Assembly (NCBI GenBank): GCA_041572575.1 | Contig: JBFFSH010000005.1 | Coordinates: 1 to 54,039 of the forward strand | Source: Thermodesulfobacteriota bacterium | Lineage (GTDB): Bacteria; Desulfobacterota_D; UBA1144; Nemesobacterales; N074bin48 | Length of the DNA stretch: 54,039 nt | Reading direction: 5' to 3' | Shown here: piece after piece, positions 39,705 to 49,364 of the stretch | How positions within the stretch are numbered: the stretch's first letter is position 1 | How the letters are laid out: each line of letters begins with the position of its first letter | Notes under the pieces: generated by a model | What the model was told of the DNA's origin: nothing | What the model saw: the letters and a program-made list of their open reading frames with translations, nothing else | Databases searched by the model: none | Translations under genes and position numbers: made by a program

Positions 39705-40040
39705 ATGAAACTTAGGACTGAAGTTGAAAAAGAGTTTAATATCAAAAAAGGTGATACACACCACCCTATAGAGTTTAGGCTGGTAAACATGCACAATTTG
39801 CTACCAATCGATATAAGCAGCGCACAATCAGTTTTTATATTACTCAAAGATGGCCAGGAGGTTTTAAGGTCGGATGTAAACCTAGAGCATGGAATTGCCG
39901 GTATAGGAAGACATGACTGGAAAGAGGGTGAAACTGACCGTGAGGGAGTATATGACGGTTACTTCGAACTTACGTGTAAAGACGGCAATTATTTTAGAAT
40001 TCCCGAAGGACAAGAATTTATTAGAATAGAAATAGCTTAG
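39705..40040 (+). CDS. BppU-N-like (phage baseplate upper protein-like) Ig-fold protein
   Basis: IKKGDT..PI.F.L, PIDIS, G..HDW..GETD..G.Y.G.FE.T..DG..IP pattern. Confidence 0.6.
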   Translation: MKLRTEVEKEFNIKKGDTHHPIEFRLVNMHNLLPIDISSAQSVFILLKDGQEVLRSDVNLEHGIAGIGRHDWKEGETDREGVYDGYFELTCKDGNYFRIPEGQEFIRIEIA

Positions 40041-40085
40041 TGAAAGCAAGAAAAGATTGGGGGCATTAATTAACTTGATATAGAC

Positions 40086-40123
40086 GGACAGACACTGTAA
40101 TTGGGATATTACACTGTCTGTCC
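40086..40123. terminator. 16-bp hairpin between convergent genes
   Basis: GGACAGACACTGTAAT-tgggat-ATTACACTGTCTGTCC, one mismatch; no U-tract. Confidence 0.6.
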
Positions 40124-40160
40124 TAGGCATATATAGAAAGGTCTTATAAAAATCTAGATT

Positions 40161-40925
40161 TTAGGGTGTAGAAAAACTGCTTTCTACAAGTGTCTGATTG
40201 CCGCTTGCTTCCATGGCCACTATCTCAAATTTATATTCGGTATCCGGAAGCAAAAATTCTGATGGCACAGTAATCTCAGTTACATCCGGCGGTAGTGTGA
40301 CTACAAACTCAAGCTCAGGTTCTTCATCTTCTCTTATCACTATTACCTCATATCTTACGATCTCAAGCTCGGCGGAGTCTTTGCATTCTCCATCTGGATC
40401 AAACTCTTGTGTTACCTCTTCCCATCCAATAACCGTATCATCCGGGTCTACTTCTTCATCTTCTTCAGGCGTTTTTATTTCAGGTCCGCAGGGCAGGGTG
40501 TGAGTCAGTGTGGCGGTTCCAGCAAGCTCATCTCCTTCGGTGGTAATTCCCATGATTTTATATTCACCCTCAGGGAAGCGTGCTAAAAACTGATCTAAGG
40601 GAAGCTCGTCAAATGAAGGCTCTGCGCTTTCAAAAAATAGTTCATTTATTCCCTGTAGTCCCACACTGCTCTCTCCCTTAATGTCTACAAGGGTTGTTCC
40701 ATCCGGGGCCATAATGTCGAGCAAGTCCCAGCCTTCACCGTCGACAAATATCTGAATCCCAGAGTCGCCGTCAGTTGCATTTGTTTCTATAATGATAGAT
40801 GCTACCGATATAGGCACCTGGTTTCCCATGGCGTCATCTGCCTGTGCATTTTTATTGTTTCTGCATCCTGTACTGAGTACAGCTGTTACTAAAACCAGTA
40901 ATGAAAGTATGATAATATTTTTCAT
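40161..40925 (-). CDS. Acidic lipoprotein with a C-terminal FN3/Ig-like region
   Basis: Lipobox LSTGC; AAGGAG RBS; beta-rich C-terminus (L.PDTEYKFEIVA..SGNQT). Confidence 0.7.
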   Translation of the reverse strand: MKNIIILSLLVLVTAVLSTGCRNNKNAQADDAMGNQVPISVASIIIETNATDGDSGIQIFVDGEGWDLLDIMAPDGTTLVDIKGESSVGLQGINELFFESAEPSFDELPLDQFLARFPEGEYKIMGITTEGDELAGTATLTHTLPCGPEIKTPEEDEEVDPDDTVIGWEEVTQEFDPDGECKDSAELEIVRYEVIVIREDEEPELEFVVTLPPDVTEITVPSEFLLPDTEYKFEIVAMEASGNQTLVESSFSTP

Positions 40926-41065
40926 CCGGCTTTCTCCTTTAATAAATTTTAAATATAGGATAAACCACCCGGATTACTTAAAAATTACTGTAACATTAAA
41001 TTTTTGTAATAGTTATATGGGGGGATTCGAATAACTTTGTTATCTATATGCCTTTGTAATTAATA

Positions 41066-41108
41066 CATCCCCGACTGGATTCAAACCAGTGGCCTCAGGA
41101 TTAGGAAT
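41066..41108 (-). mobile_element. 3'-half copy of tRNA-Arg(CCT), probable att site
   Basis: Minus strand TTCCTAA anticodon loop, TCCT, GAGGCC, T-arm ACTGG-TTTGAAT-CCAGT, acceptor strand CGGGGAT-G; no D-arm or 5' acceptor strand. Confidence 0.78.
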
Positions 41109-41185
41109 ACTAAAAGAGTAAATCATGTAAGTATCTGAAATCATTAGATAATCTCGCAACTCACTGGAATCACAACACTAATTTT

Positions 41186-41338
41186 CTGTGCAATAAGTTG
41201 CATCCTGTGCAACCAGTGCAACAATTTTCATCTCTTGGTTAGAAGGTGGTTAGAGGATTTTTTTCTGAAAATGGGAGGAATGGTGAAAAAACTTCAGAGA
41301 AGAAATAAATTATTCTCGGAAACCGAAAACAACCGAAA
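41186..41338. repeat. Short direct repeats next to the att-like site
   Basis: C(T/A)GTGCAA at 41186, 41205, 41214; TGGTTAGA at 41236, 41247; AACCGAAA at 41321, 41331. Confidence 0.55.
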
Positions 41339-41473
41339 GAATCGCGACACCTACGCTAATACAAATTCCGAAAATGGATTTAAGGAAAAGGGACATATAG
41401 AATTATAAAAAACCAATAATTACTGAGCTAGTAAAAGCGACCGTTTTTGCTCTGCCCTTTTACTCAAGTCTGT

Positions 41474-42007
41474 TTAATTTTGTAATCCGAAGCTGTCACA
41501 AAAATCTTTTATGAAACTGTATGCTACTGTATATCCAAACTTGTTGGCATTATAAATATCCATACACCCGCTGGATTCATTTCCCAACTTGATCTTGGCA
41601 ACTCCTCTGATAAGGTACGCCTTGCCGTTTGCAGGATTATTTTCTATGGATTTGGTTGAATCTCTTATTGCTTGTCTGAGCTCTTCTTTATTCGTATAAT
41701 CAGGTAATCTCTCAGAGTACGGTTCCTTCATCTCTTGATTAAGCTCGATGGCTTTGTTCATATCAACCGATGCAGCCTCGAAGTCATGTAAATGTGCTTT
41801 TGCTATACCCCTGTGATAAAATGAATCGGCATGTAGGGGGTCTAACTGTAGAGCACTGTTAAACTCATTGATAGACGACTCATATTCACCCGAATTTAGT
41901 AGATTTACACCCTTTAAATAATAATCCCTGGCCGTTTGGGATAAAACAGGATGGCTGTACTGTAAGAAAAGTATTAATAATATAAAATACTTAAATATGA
42001 TCCCCAT
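41474..42007 (-). CDS. Exported TPR-repeat protein
   Basis: Signal peptide; YYLKG..ALQLDP, FYHRGIAK..KAIELN, AYLIRGVAK repeats. Confidence 0.85.
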   Translation of the reverse strand: MGIIFKYFILLILFLQYSHPVLSQTARDYYLKGVNLLNSGEYESSINEFNSALQLDPLHADSFYHRGIAKAHLHDFEAASVDMNKAIELNQEMKEPYSERLPDYTNKEELRQAIRDSTKSIENNPANGKAYLIRGVAKIKLGNESSGCMDIYNANKFGYTVAYSFIKDFCDSFGLQN

Positions 42008-42365
42008 AACCTATTATAACTTTTTTAGGAATTTTTATATAGATATAATATCACATTTTCTGTGATAATTTTATAAATTTCTGCCTTTAATGAGCATAAG
42101 TTCGTTGGAAGTTCTGGTAATATATATAAATAAACACTGCAATGACAGTAGGTTACACGTGATAGATTATAGTTTGCATTACAAAACACGGATAATATAT
42201 GAGACATGTGCAAAGCATGCTGATTGTATTTGAGACTACAAATTTAAAGTTGTAGTATGATTATAATTAAGTAGTCTAATTATTCATCTATTAATTGAAT
42301 TATTCAATAAACAACACAAAGTGACCGCTATGTTATCCATAAATATTCAGATTAAACGCTGCATA

Positions 42366-43937
42366 TTATTTCGACGTTTCTACTATTTCTAGAAGCTTTT
42401 TCTTTTTCTCGTCCCGCAGTTTTTGATATTCCTGCTGCCCTATATCGTTTGCCTCAAACATGTCATCAAGCCTAGCTATATCTCTTATAAGCGAATCTTT
42501 TAAACTCTCCAGGCTTTCATCATCACTACTGGTCTGAGTTTGCGTTTTATTTTTTCTGAGAAATGAATATCCGATACTGCCTGCAATTAGTAAAACTACG
42601 ATAATCAGCACAATCCATTTTGCATAGTCAGTCACTACTATTGGCTTGCTAATACTAATCTTGATGTCATGGCCTTTTTGCAGATTATTCCCACTCCACT
42701 TTATAAACTTCTTGTTATGCATATCGACCTGCTCACCGCGCTGCAGCCCCTGTATATCCATCTCGTATCCATTGTCCGAAACCATTATGAGCTGAGAATT
42801 GATAAGATAGTTTGATTTTCTGTTAATTTCTGTATGTCTGTCAATCGGTATTTGGTATGAAAATATAATTCTTGTAAGCCCGGGTTGAACAGCTTGGGTG
42901 CTTATTAACTTTCCATCTTTTAAAATAGATGTTTCTTCGGACATGCCGTGATGAAACTGCAAAGTGTTTGCACCAGCGGGAATATCAAAACTTAGGGTTT
43001 CTTTTTGCTCTGAGTCTATGTCTTTGCCAACGAACACAGAATTTGAACCATTGTTGAAAACAAACATCTCTGCAAAAGATGCAGTTTCCCCTTGTATTTC
43101 TATGATAACATGGGAGGAATCCAGCGATATTAGACTGCCGTCTGTAGATACATCAAAAACCGGCAGATCTAATGTTTTAACACTTTCTTCGGGAGTGAAT
43201 ACAAGCTTGCCTGTCGCATATTCAACCCCATTAAACATTAGTGAAACTACATACGATCTATCCCATCCGAGGTTTTCGAATAGGTACTGACCCTTGGAAT
43301 CAGATTTGACAGAATATTGCTCCCTCGATTTATCACCAACATATGAGGTTAGTTTAATATCCTGTCCAGCAATGTTTTGATTCAAAGTCTTGTTGACAAT
43401 TACTCCTTTAATTGAACCTTCTTCTTGCCTGTCATTGAAAATTTGAAATTTAACTAAATAATCATATATTTTTTCTGCCTGATCGGCCGGGACATTCATT
43501 GGAGGCATAGGAGGGTAACCTTCATTTAATGGTGCTTTTCCCTTTTGTTGGTAAATCTGCTGTGAGTTAACCATCCAGTTGATTATTTCTTGTTTTGTGT
43601 AACGCTGATCTATCTTATAAAGATCGGGTCCCACGTACCTGCCGCGCCCTAATGTGTGACAGTTGACGCATCTGTTGCCCACAAATAACTCCTTTCCGGT
43701 CAGTTGCTGTGAACTTGCCGTTGCCGAAAATATAAATGTAATTAAAAGAACAGGTACTATGAATCCAGATATCCGGCAGTGTGTCGGATTTCTATAAAAA
43801 ATGTTCGAAGGTGAGGTTAATTTCTTTATGTTATTAACAAGCCAGCCAATTAGAACCATTACAACTCCTGTCCTCTTTGATGTTTTCTCAATACCCGTTA
43901 AAAAAGTCCATAGATGTTGTTGTAAGGTATTTATCAA
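42366..43937 (-). CDS. Membrane-anchored monoheme cytochrome c fused to beta-sandwich domains; true start uncertain
   Basis: GKELF..CVNCH..GPDL..MP; G.IKG..D.KG.Y.FENL domain; C-terminal TM and IARLDD..Y..R tail. Confidence 0.78.
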   Translation of the reverse strand: MINTLQQHLWTFLTGIEKTSKRTGVVMVLIGWLVNNIKKLTSPSNIFYRNPTHCRISGFIVPVLLITFIFSATASSQQLTGKELFVGNRCVNCHTLGRGRYVGPDLYKIDQRYTKQEIINWMVNSQQIYQQKGKAPLNEGYPPMPPMNVPADQAEKIYDYLVKFQIFNDRQEEGSIKGVIVNKTLNQNIAGQDIKLTSYVGDKSREQYSVKSDSKGQYLFENLGWDRSYVVSLMFNGVEYATGKLVFTPEESVKTLDLPVFDVSTDGSLISLDSSHVIIEIQGETASFAEMFVFNNGSNSVFVGKDIDSEQKETLSFDIPAGANTLQFHHGMSEETSILKDGKLISTQAVQPGLTRIIFSYQIPIDRHTEINRKSNYLINSQLIMVSDNGYEMDIQGLQRGEQVDMHNKKFIKWSGNNLQKGHDIKISISKPIVVTDYAKWIVLIIVVLLIAGSIGYSFLRKNKTQTQTSSDDESLESLKDSLIRDIARLDDMFEANDIGQQEYQKLRDEKKKKLLEIVETSK

Positions 43938-44362
43938 GTTAAATCTTTTTTCTCCCTCTTCTTTTTAATCTCAATCTCTATTTCATCTTCTGCAGTTCTG
44001 ATTTCGTGCTTAGCCCTCATGATCTCTTCTTCAAGCCTGTCTTTTGCCTCCTCTGTGCCCTGAACTGAGTGCTTTTCTATCTCCTTCAATATTAAAGAAG
44101 CCTTATGAAGATATTCATTCCTAAGCTCCTTATAGTCTTGCTCCGAAAGTTTTCCCATCCCGTAGTCAAAGTCTATTTCTTTAATAGCGCTGTAAAGCTC
44201 CAGCTTATCGTCTTCCAGTATTTCTAGTTTGCTTTTCTTGGCTTCTGTATAGCCTTTTATATTTTCATTAAAAAAAACAGTGTTGGTATTGCCGATAATA
44301 AACGGATAGCAAATATATGCGGTTACGCACAAAACAATTATTAATACAAATATATATTCCAT
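43934..44362 (-). CDS. CcmI/CycH N-terminal-like membrane protein
   Basis: N-terminal TM ending YP, then IKEIDFDYGMGKLSEQDY..LR. Confidence 0.7.
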   Translation of the reverse strand: MEYIFVLIIVLCVTAYICYPFIIGNTNTVFFNENIKGYTEAKKSKLEILEDDKLELYSAIKEIDFDYGMGKLSEQDYKELRNEYLHKASLILKEIEKHSVQGTEEAKDRLEEEIMRAKHEIRTAEDEIEIEIKKKREKKDLT

Positions 44363-44581
44363 AGTTTATTGTTTGGAACAGATGAATTTAGTTGTGGGAT
44401 TTTACCTTTATATTCTGAAATTGCTACTGCAATAAATATTTACTCATCATTACAAAATCGATTGATTTAATATTTATGACTTAGCCGTAATTGCTCTTAA
44501 CACTGATTGAAACAAATTACAATTCGTCTAAGTAGTTGAATTATAATTTGTTATATAATGCAAAATTCTGAAATATTATCA

Positions 44582-45253
44582 TTAACTTTCTTCAATTACA
44601 TACTGATAGAGTAGTATTCCTGCTGAGAGAAAAATGATATCGAAGACTATTAACAACTGCAATGAAGACGCATTATCTGTAAGCATTTTCCCGTCCAGAA
44701 GAGAGCCCGTAATATTTACCGACGCCAGTAAAACCGGAATAATTATTGGAAAATATAGTATTGGGAGCAGCACTTCTCTCAGCCTCGTATTAATGGACAT
44801 GGCCGCAAAAACTGTGCCTACAGATCCAAAACCTACCGTGCCCAGAAAGATAACCAAAATGATTCCCATGAAATTTATGTTAAGGCCATAGTTAAACACA
44901 ACTATGAATATAGGTATGGTAAAAAGTTCGATAATCAGCAAAAATGTGAAATTACTAAGAAATTTTCCGACATAGATAAGACTCCTGTCAACCGGAGCCA
45001 ATAAAAGGCCTTTGATAGCTTCTGATTCTTTTTCCATGGCAAATGATCTGCCAAGACCAATTGACCCAGAAAATAGAAAAGTGATCCATAATACCGCAGG
45101 ACTTACGACATTCTTAATATCAGCAGATAAATTGAGCACAATGCTGAAAATAAAAATTATTATGAGCGAAAAAGTAAACATGGAAATAAACAAATCCTTA
45201 GAACGAATCTCGGATAACATGTCTTTCCACAGAATAGAAAATATAATTCTCAT
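44582..45253 (-). CDS. ccmB: Heme exporter permease CcmB
   Basis: ILWKD..E.RS, RSFAMEKE..GLLLAP, LLPILYFPIIIP. Confidence 0.93.
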   Translation of the reverse strand: MRIIFSILWKDMLSEIRSKDLFISMFTFSLIIIFIFSIVLNLSADIKNVVSPAVLWITFLFSGSIGLGRSFAMEKESEAIKGLLLAPVDRSLIYVGKFLSNFTFLLIIELFTIPIFIVVFNYGLNINFMGIILVIFLGTVGFGSVGTVFAAMSINTRLREVLLPILYFPIIIPVLLASVNITGSLLDGKMLTDNASSLQLLIVFDIIFLSAGILLYQYVIEES

Positions 45254-45255
45254 TA

Positions 45256-45975
45256 TTAGTTCGTGTCCACCAATCCACTGTAAATCTCTAAAAATTGTTC
45301 CTTATTTAAAGCTTGGGTGTTCTGATATTTAATTTCCCCTCGAACTATAACCAGTATAATATCTGCTATACCTATACACTCATCAAAGTTATGTGTAGAC
45401 ATCAATATGGTTTTTCCTTCGGCTTTAAGAGTTTTTAATATTTGATTGACAATTGAGATCCCCAGAATATCCAAGCCGTTAAATGGTTCGTCAAGAAGCA
45501 ATATATCGGGGTCATGAATTAGAGCGCGTGCCAATGAAACCCTTTGCTTCATGCCTCTGGAATAGTTCCCAATAAGGTCCTGCCCTCTGTTGTCGAGCTG
45601 CATCGTCTGTAAAAGCTCTTTTGCCCTTTCCTCAGAGCTTTCAAGACCATATAAATCTCCAAAAAACTTTAAATTCTCAAGCGCGCTAAGATTATCGTAT
45701 AAATAAGATTCATGAGAAACAAGACCGATTAGATTTCTTACCTTGTCAGGACCCTTTATAACATCATTATCACCTATTAATACTGTTCCCGATGTTGGCT
45801 TGAGTATTGTAGAAAGTATTTTCAAAAGAGTGGATTTCCCGGCTCCATTAGGTCCGAAAATTACTATAAATTCACCGCTGTTTACTTCAAAACTCAAACC
45901 CCTCAGTGCATTTAATACTCCATAGGATTTTTCCAAATTGCTTGCACTAATTATGGGCTGACTAGGATCTTTCAT
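45256..45975 (-). CDS. ccmA: Heme ABC exporter ATPase CcmA
   Basis: GPNGAGKST, YSRGMKQR, LLLDEP, H-loop; adjacent to ccmB. Confidence 0.9.
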   Translation of the reverse strand: MKDPSQPIISASNLEKSYGVLNALRGLSFEVNSGEFIVIFGPNGAGKSTLLKILSTILKPTSGTVLIGDNDVIKGPDKVRNLIGLVSHESYLYDNLSALENLKFFGDLYGLESSEERAKELLQTMQLDNRGQDLIGNYSRGMKQRVSLARALIHDPDILLLDEPFNGLDILGISIVNQILKTLKAEGKTILMSTHNFDECIGIADIILVIVRGEIKYQNTQALNKEQFLEIYSGLVDTN

Positions 45976-46323
45976 TTGACAATTAATTTATAATACTAAA
46001 TCTGAAACTTTTTTGGAATTCGAAAAACTTTTAAAATTTTTACCAGTTATCAAACATTTAACTATTAAAAGAATTAATTACAATATCTATAACTGTTTAA
46101 TTATACAAACCAAATAGACTGTCAAACATAAATTCTTATATTTCAAATCACGGTTATTGTAAGTTTTCCCGCAAATATCTTGGGATCTAAATTTGCCAAA
46201 AGATCATTATAAAGTAATTTCCTATCGATAATTTTTAGTCAATATAATAAAGATTTATTAAGTATTAAATACATAATATACAGACTTGATTCTAAAGTCT
46301 GTTTTTTACATCAAATATCAGCT

Positions 46324-48153
46324 ATGTCTAAACATATGGGTTCCTTAATGATTAATTCTTTGCTAGTTCTATATATTTTACTGTTCACAACTACCGGTGT
46401 ATCAGCTCAAAGTTCAGATATATCGGCCAAGGAGATAATTTCTCACATCCGGTTCCTTGCCTCAGACGAGCTTGCAGGCAGAAAATCGGGGCAAGAGGGC
46501 TGCGAAAAAGCTGCAGATTATATAGCTTCTCATTTCAAAAAAGCCGGACTAAAGCCCCTTGGAGACAGCGATACGTATTTTCAGCATTTTACTTTTCCTG
46601 CCGGGGTTGAACTAGGAAAAACTAATTCACTGGTGTTTAAAACAGACGTGCAGGAATTAAAACTTGAAGTATCATCGGATTTTTTACCTCTTAGTTTTTC
46701 CAATGACGGCAAAATAGCAGCAGATCTGGTCTTTGCAGGTTACGGTATAACTGCGAAGGATTTAAATTATGATGACTATGAGGGATTAGATGTAAAAGAT
46801 AAGATCGTTATTGCTCTGCGTTATGCTCCAGAAGAGTTTGGAAAAGACAAGGGATACAGTCCATATACTTCACTATACAATAAGGCAATTACAGCAAAGC
46901 AAAAAGGCGCCAAAGGTATAATTTTCACTACACCCTACAGAAAAGAGGAAGAAAAAGACCTCGGAGGTCTCAGGTTTGATTTTACATTCGCTACCTCAGA
47001 TATTCATGCAACTGTTGTTAGAAGACAGTCGGTGGAAAAATTGTTTAGTATTCTCGGGCTTGACCTAAAAGATACTGAGAACAAGATAACGGCGCACAGT
47101 CCAAACTCTTTTGCAATGTACGAAGTCAGAGTACATCAGCAAACCGAACTGCAAAGGCTCCGAAGCAATACATACAATGTCATTGGCCTTATTGAAGCAG
47201 CAGATAAAAAACCGGAGACAAAAACAATCATAATAGGCGCCCACTACGATCACCTTGGGCATGGAGGAGTAAGTTCTCTTGCTAAGACCAAAAAAGGACA
47301 GACGCAGATACACAACGGTGCGGACGATAATGCCTCCGGCACTGCGGGATTAATAGAAATTGCCGAATATTTCGCATCGAATAAAGATTCACTTAACTTT
47401 AATCTGGTATTTATCGCGTTTTCTGGAGAAGAGCTCGGTCTCTTGGGTTCATCCTACTACATTAAAAACCCAAAGGTGCCTTTGGAGCAGACTACAGCCA
47501 TGATCAACATGGATATGATCGGCAGATTGCGTCATGATAATCTCGTCATACTTGGCACGGGATCGTCTCCTCAGTGGCACGATCTGCTTAAGAGTGCAAA
47601 CGCGGATGTCGGTCTTAAACTCAAAAACAACGACACGGGATTTGCCCCAAGCGACCAGTCCGTCTTTTATGCCCGGAAAACCCCCGTGCTGCAATTCTTT
47701 ACCGGTGTGCACAGTGAATATCACACACCCGAAGACGACTGGCAGAAAATCAATGCGGACGGACAGGTAAAAATTTTAAACGTAATTACTAACCTGGTTT
47801 GGAACATTAACAACAATAACCTGCAGATATCATACTCGAGCGTCAAGGGTGATAGCGCAGACAGACCTACAAGGTTCAATGTTTATCTCGGTACGATTCC
47901 AGACTACTCCGATGAATCAGAGGGGATGAAGCTTATGGGGGTGAAAGAAAACGGTCCTGCAGAAAAAGCAGGTATAAAGGGTGGAGATATCATCATCAAG
48001 CTTGGCAGTAAAAGTATAAAAAATATATACGACTATGTATATGCACTGAGTGAAATGAAGGCAAACGTACCTACGGAGATCGTTGTTTTAAGAGGGGGTA
48101 AGAAAATAAGTCTAAATATAGTTGCAGAGCCAAGACGGAGCAAAATGAACTGA
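46324..48153 (+). CDS. M28 aminopeptidase with PA and PDZ domains
   Basis: LASDELAGR, FAGYG, GAHYDH, GADDNASG, SGEELGLLGS, NMDMIG, YH; PDZ YLGTIPD..GDII. Confidence 0.93.
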   Translation: MSKHMGSLMINSLLVLYILLFTTTGVSAQSSDISAKEIISHIRFLASDELAGRKSGQEGCEKAADYIASHFKKAGLKPLGDSDTYFQHFTFPAGVELGKTNSLVFKTDVQELKLEVSSDFLPLSFSNDGKIAADLVFAGYGITAKDLNYDDYEGLDVKDKIVIALRYAPEEFGKDKGYSPYTSLYNKAITAKQKGAKGIIFTTPYRKEEEKDLGGLRFDFTFATSDIHATVVRRQSVEKLFSILGLDLKDTENKITAHSPNSFAMYEVRVHQQTELQRLRSNTYNVIGLIEAADKKPETKTIIIGAHYDHLGHGGVSSLAKTKKGQTQIHNGADDNASGTAGLIEIAEYFASNKDSLNFNLVFIAFSGEELGLLGSSYYIKNPKVPLEQTTAMINMDMIGRLRHDNLVILGTGSSPQWHDLLKSANADVGLKLKNNDTGFAPSDQSVFYARKTPVLQFFTGVHSEYHTPEDDWQKINADGQVKILNVITNLVWNINNNNLQISYSSVKGDSADRPTRFNVYLGTIPDYSDESEGMKLMGVKENGPAEKAGIKGGDIIIKLGSKSIKNIYDYVYALSEMKANVPTEIVVLRGGKKISLNIVAEPRRSKMN

Positions 48154-48188
48154 TACTTATATCACAACCCGAACAGGAGTAAGAACCA

Positions 48189-49274
48189 ATGATCAATTCA
48201 CAATTCAATTGCAGATCAATTAAATTTATTAAAAGTTGTCTTGTTTTTTTATTGGTTGTCACAGCGGCAACTACTACACATTCGGATGAAACAGACCAGG
48301 CCGAGAAGCTCAATGAATCGGAAATACACCTAAAAAACATAACACAGCTCACTTTTGGTGGGGAAAACGCCGAAGCCTATTTTTCTGCAGACGGCAAGAA
48401 GTTAATATTCCAGTCAACCCGTGACGGCAATGCCGCAGACCAGATTTACACTATGAATACGGACGGTAGTGACGTAAGAATCGTAAGCACAGCAAAAGGA
48501 CAGTGCACGTGTTCTTATTTCATGTCTGACGGCAATAGAATACTGTATTCATCCACCCATCATTTTGACTCTCAGCCTCCAGCACCTCCAGACAGGTCTC
48601 AGGGATATGTTTGGCTTATCCATTCATCTTTCGACATATTTACATCAACAAATGATGGTAGCAATTTAAGACAACTTACAACTTCGTGGGGTTATGATGC
48701 CGAAGCTACAGTTTCTCCTAAAGGGGATAGAATCTTTTTTACGTCGATTAGAAAGGGTGACCTCGATATATATTCAATGGACACCGACGGAAGCAATGTT
48801 AAACAATTGACTGACGAGCTGGGATATGACGGCGGGGCATTCTTTTCTGCCGACGGGAAGAAAATCGTGTACAGGTCACATTATCCGTCTAGCAAAGAAG
48901 AGGAAGACGATTACAAAAGTCTGCTTGCAAAAGGGCTTATTAAATTCAGCAAGCTTGATGTCTATATAATGTATGCGGATTGTGGGAATAAATTTAAAGT
49001 GACAAACAACGATGCAACTAATTTCTGCCCGTTCTTTGCTCCTGACGGAAAGAGAATAATTTTTTCATAAAATATGGATGATTCCAAAGGGCGCAATTTT
49101 GATCTTTACATCATCAATACAGATGGGGCTGGATTGGAGCGGATCACTTGCTCAGCTGCTTTTGACAGGTTTCCTATGTTTTCGCCAGACGGCAAGAAGC
49201 TTGTCTGGGCATCTAACAGAAACGCCAAGACAAGAGGCGAGACTAACATTTTCATAGCCGACTGGATTGATTAG
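48189..49274 (+). pseudogene. TolB-like PD40 beta-propeller interrupted by an in-frame TAA at 49068-49070
   Basis: PD40 repeats (FSADGKK, FSPDGKK) continue in frame across the stop: IIFS*NMDD. Confidence 0.8.
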
Positions 49275-49364
49275 GGCATATTGTTATACCAGATAAACTT
49301 TTCTGATTATTTGTCCAATCTGCTTAGCCCTTAATATGCTACTATCCCTTCACGTACTATACTA

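Noticed and set aside
41066-41140. Intact tRNA-Arg gene
   Set aside because: No D-arm or 5' acceptor strand, the anticodon stem 5' side mismatches and the T-loop is TTTGAAT; treated as an att scar
42025-42213. 62-aa minus-strand ORF upstream of the TPR gene
   Set aside because: No RBS or recognisable motif; AT-rich intergenic DNA
42235-42308. Short inverted repeats (ACTACAA/TTGTAGT, ATTGAAT/ATTCAAT)
   Set aside because: 7-bp AT-rich arms are expected by chance and no cognate regulator is evident
49068-49070. Programmed read-through or alternative genetic code
   Set aside because: TAA terminates many normal genes in this window; a single C-to-A change explains it
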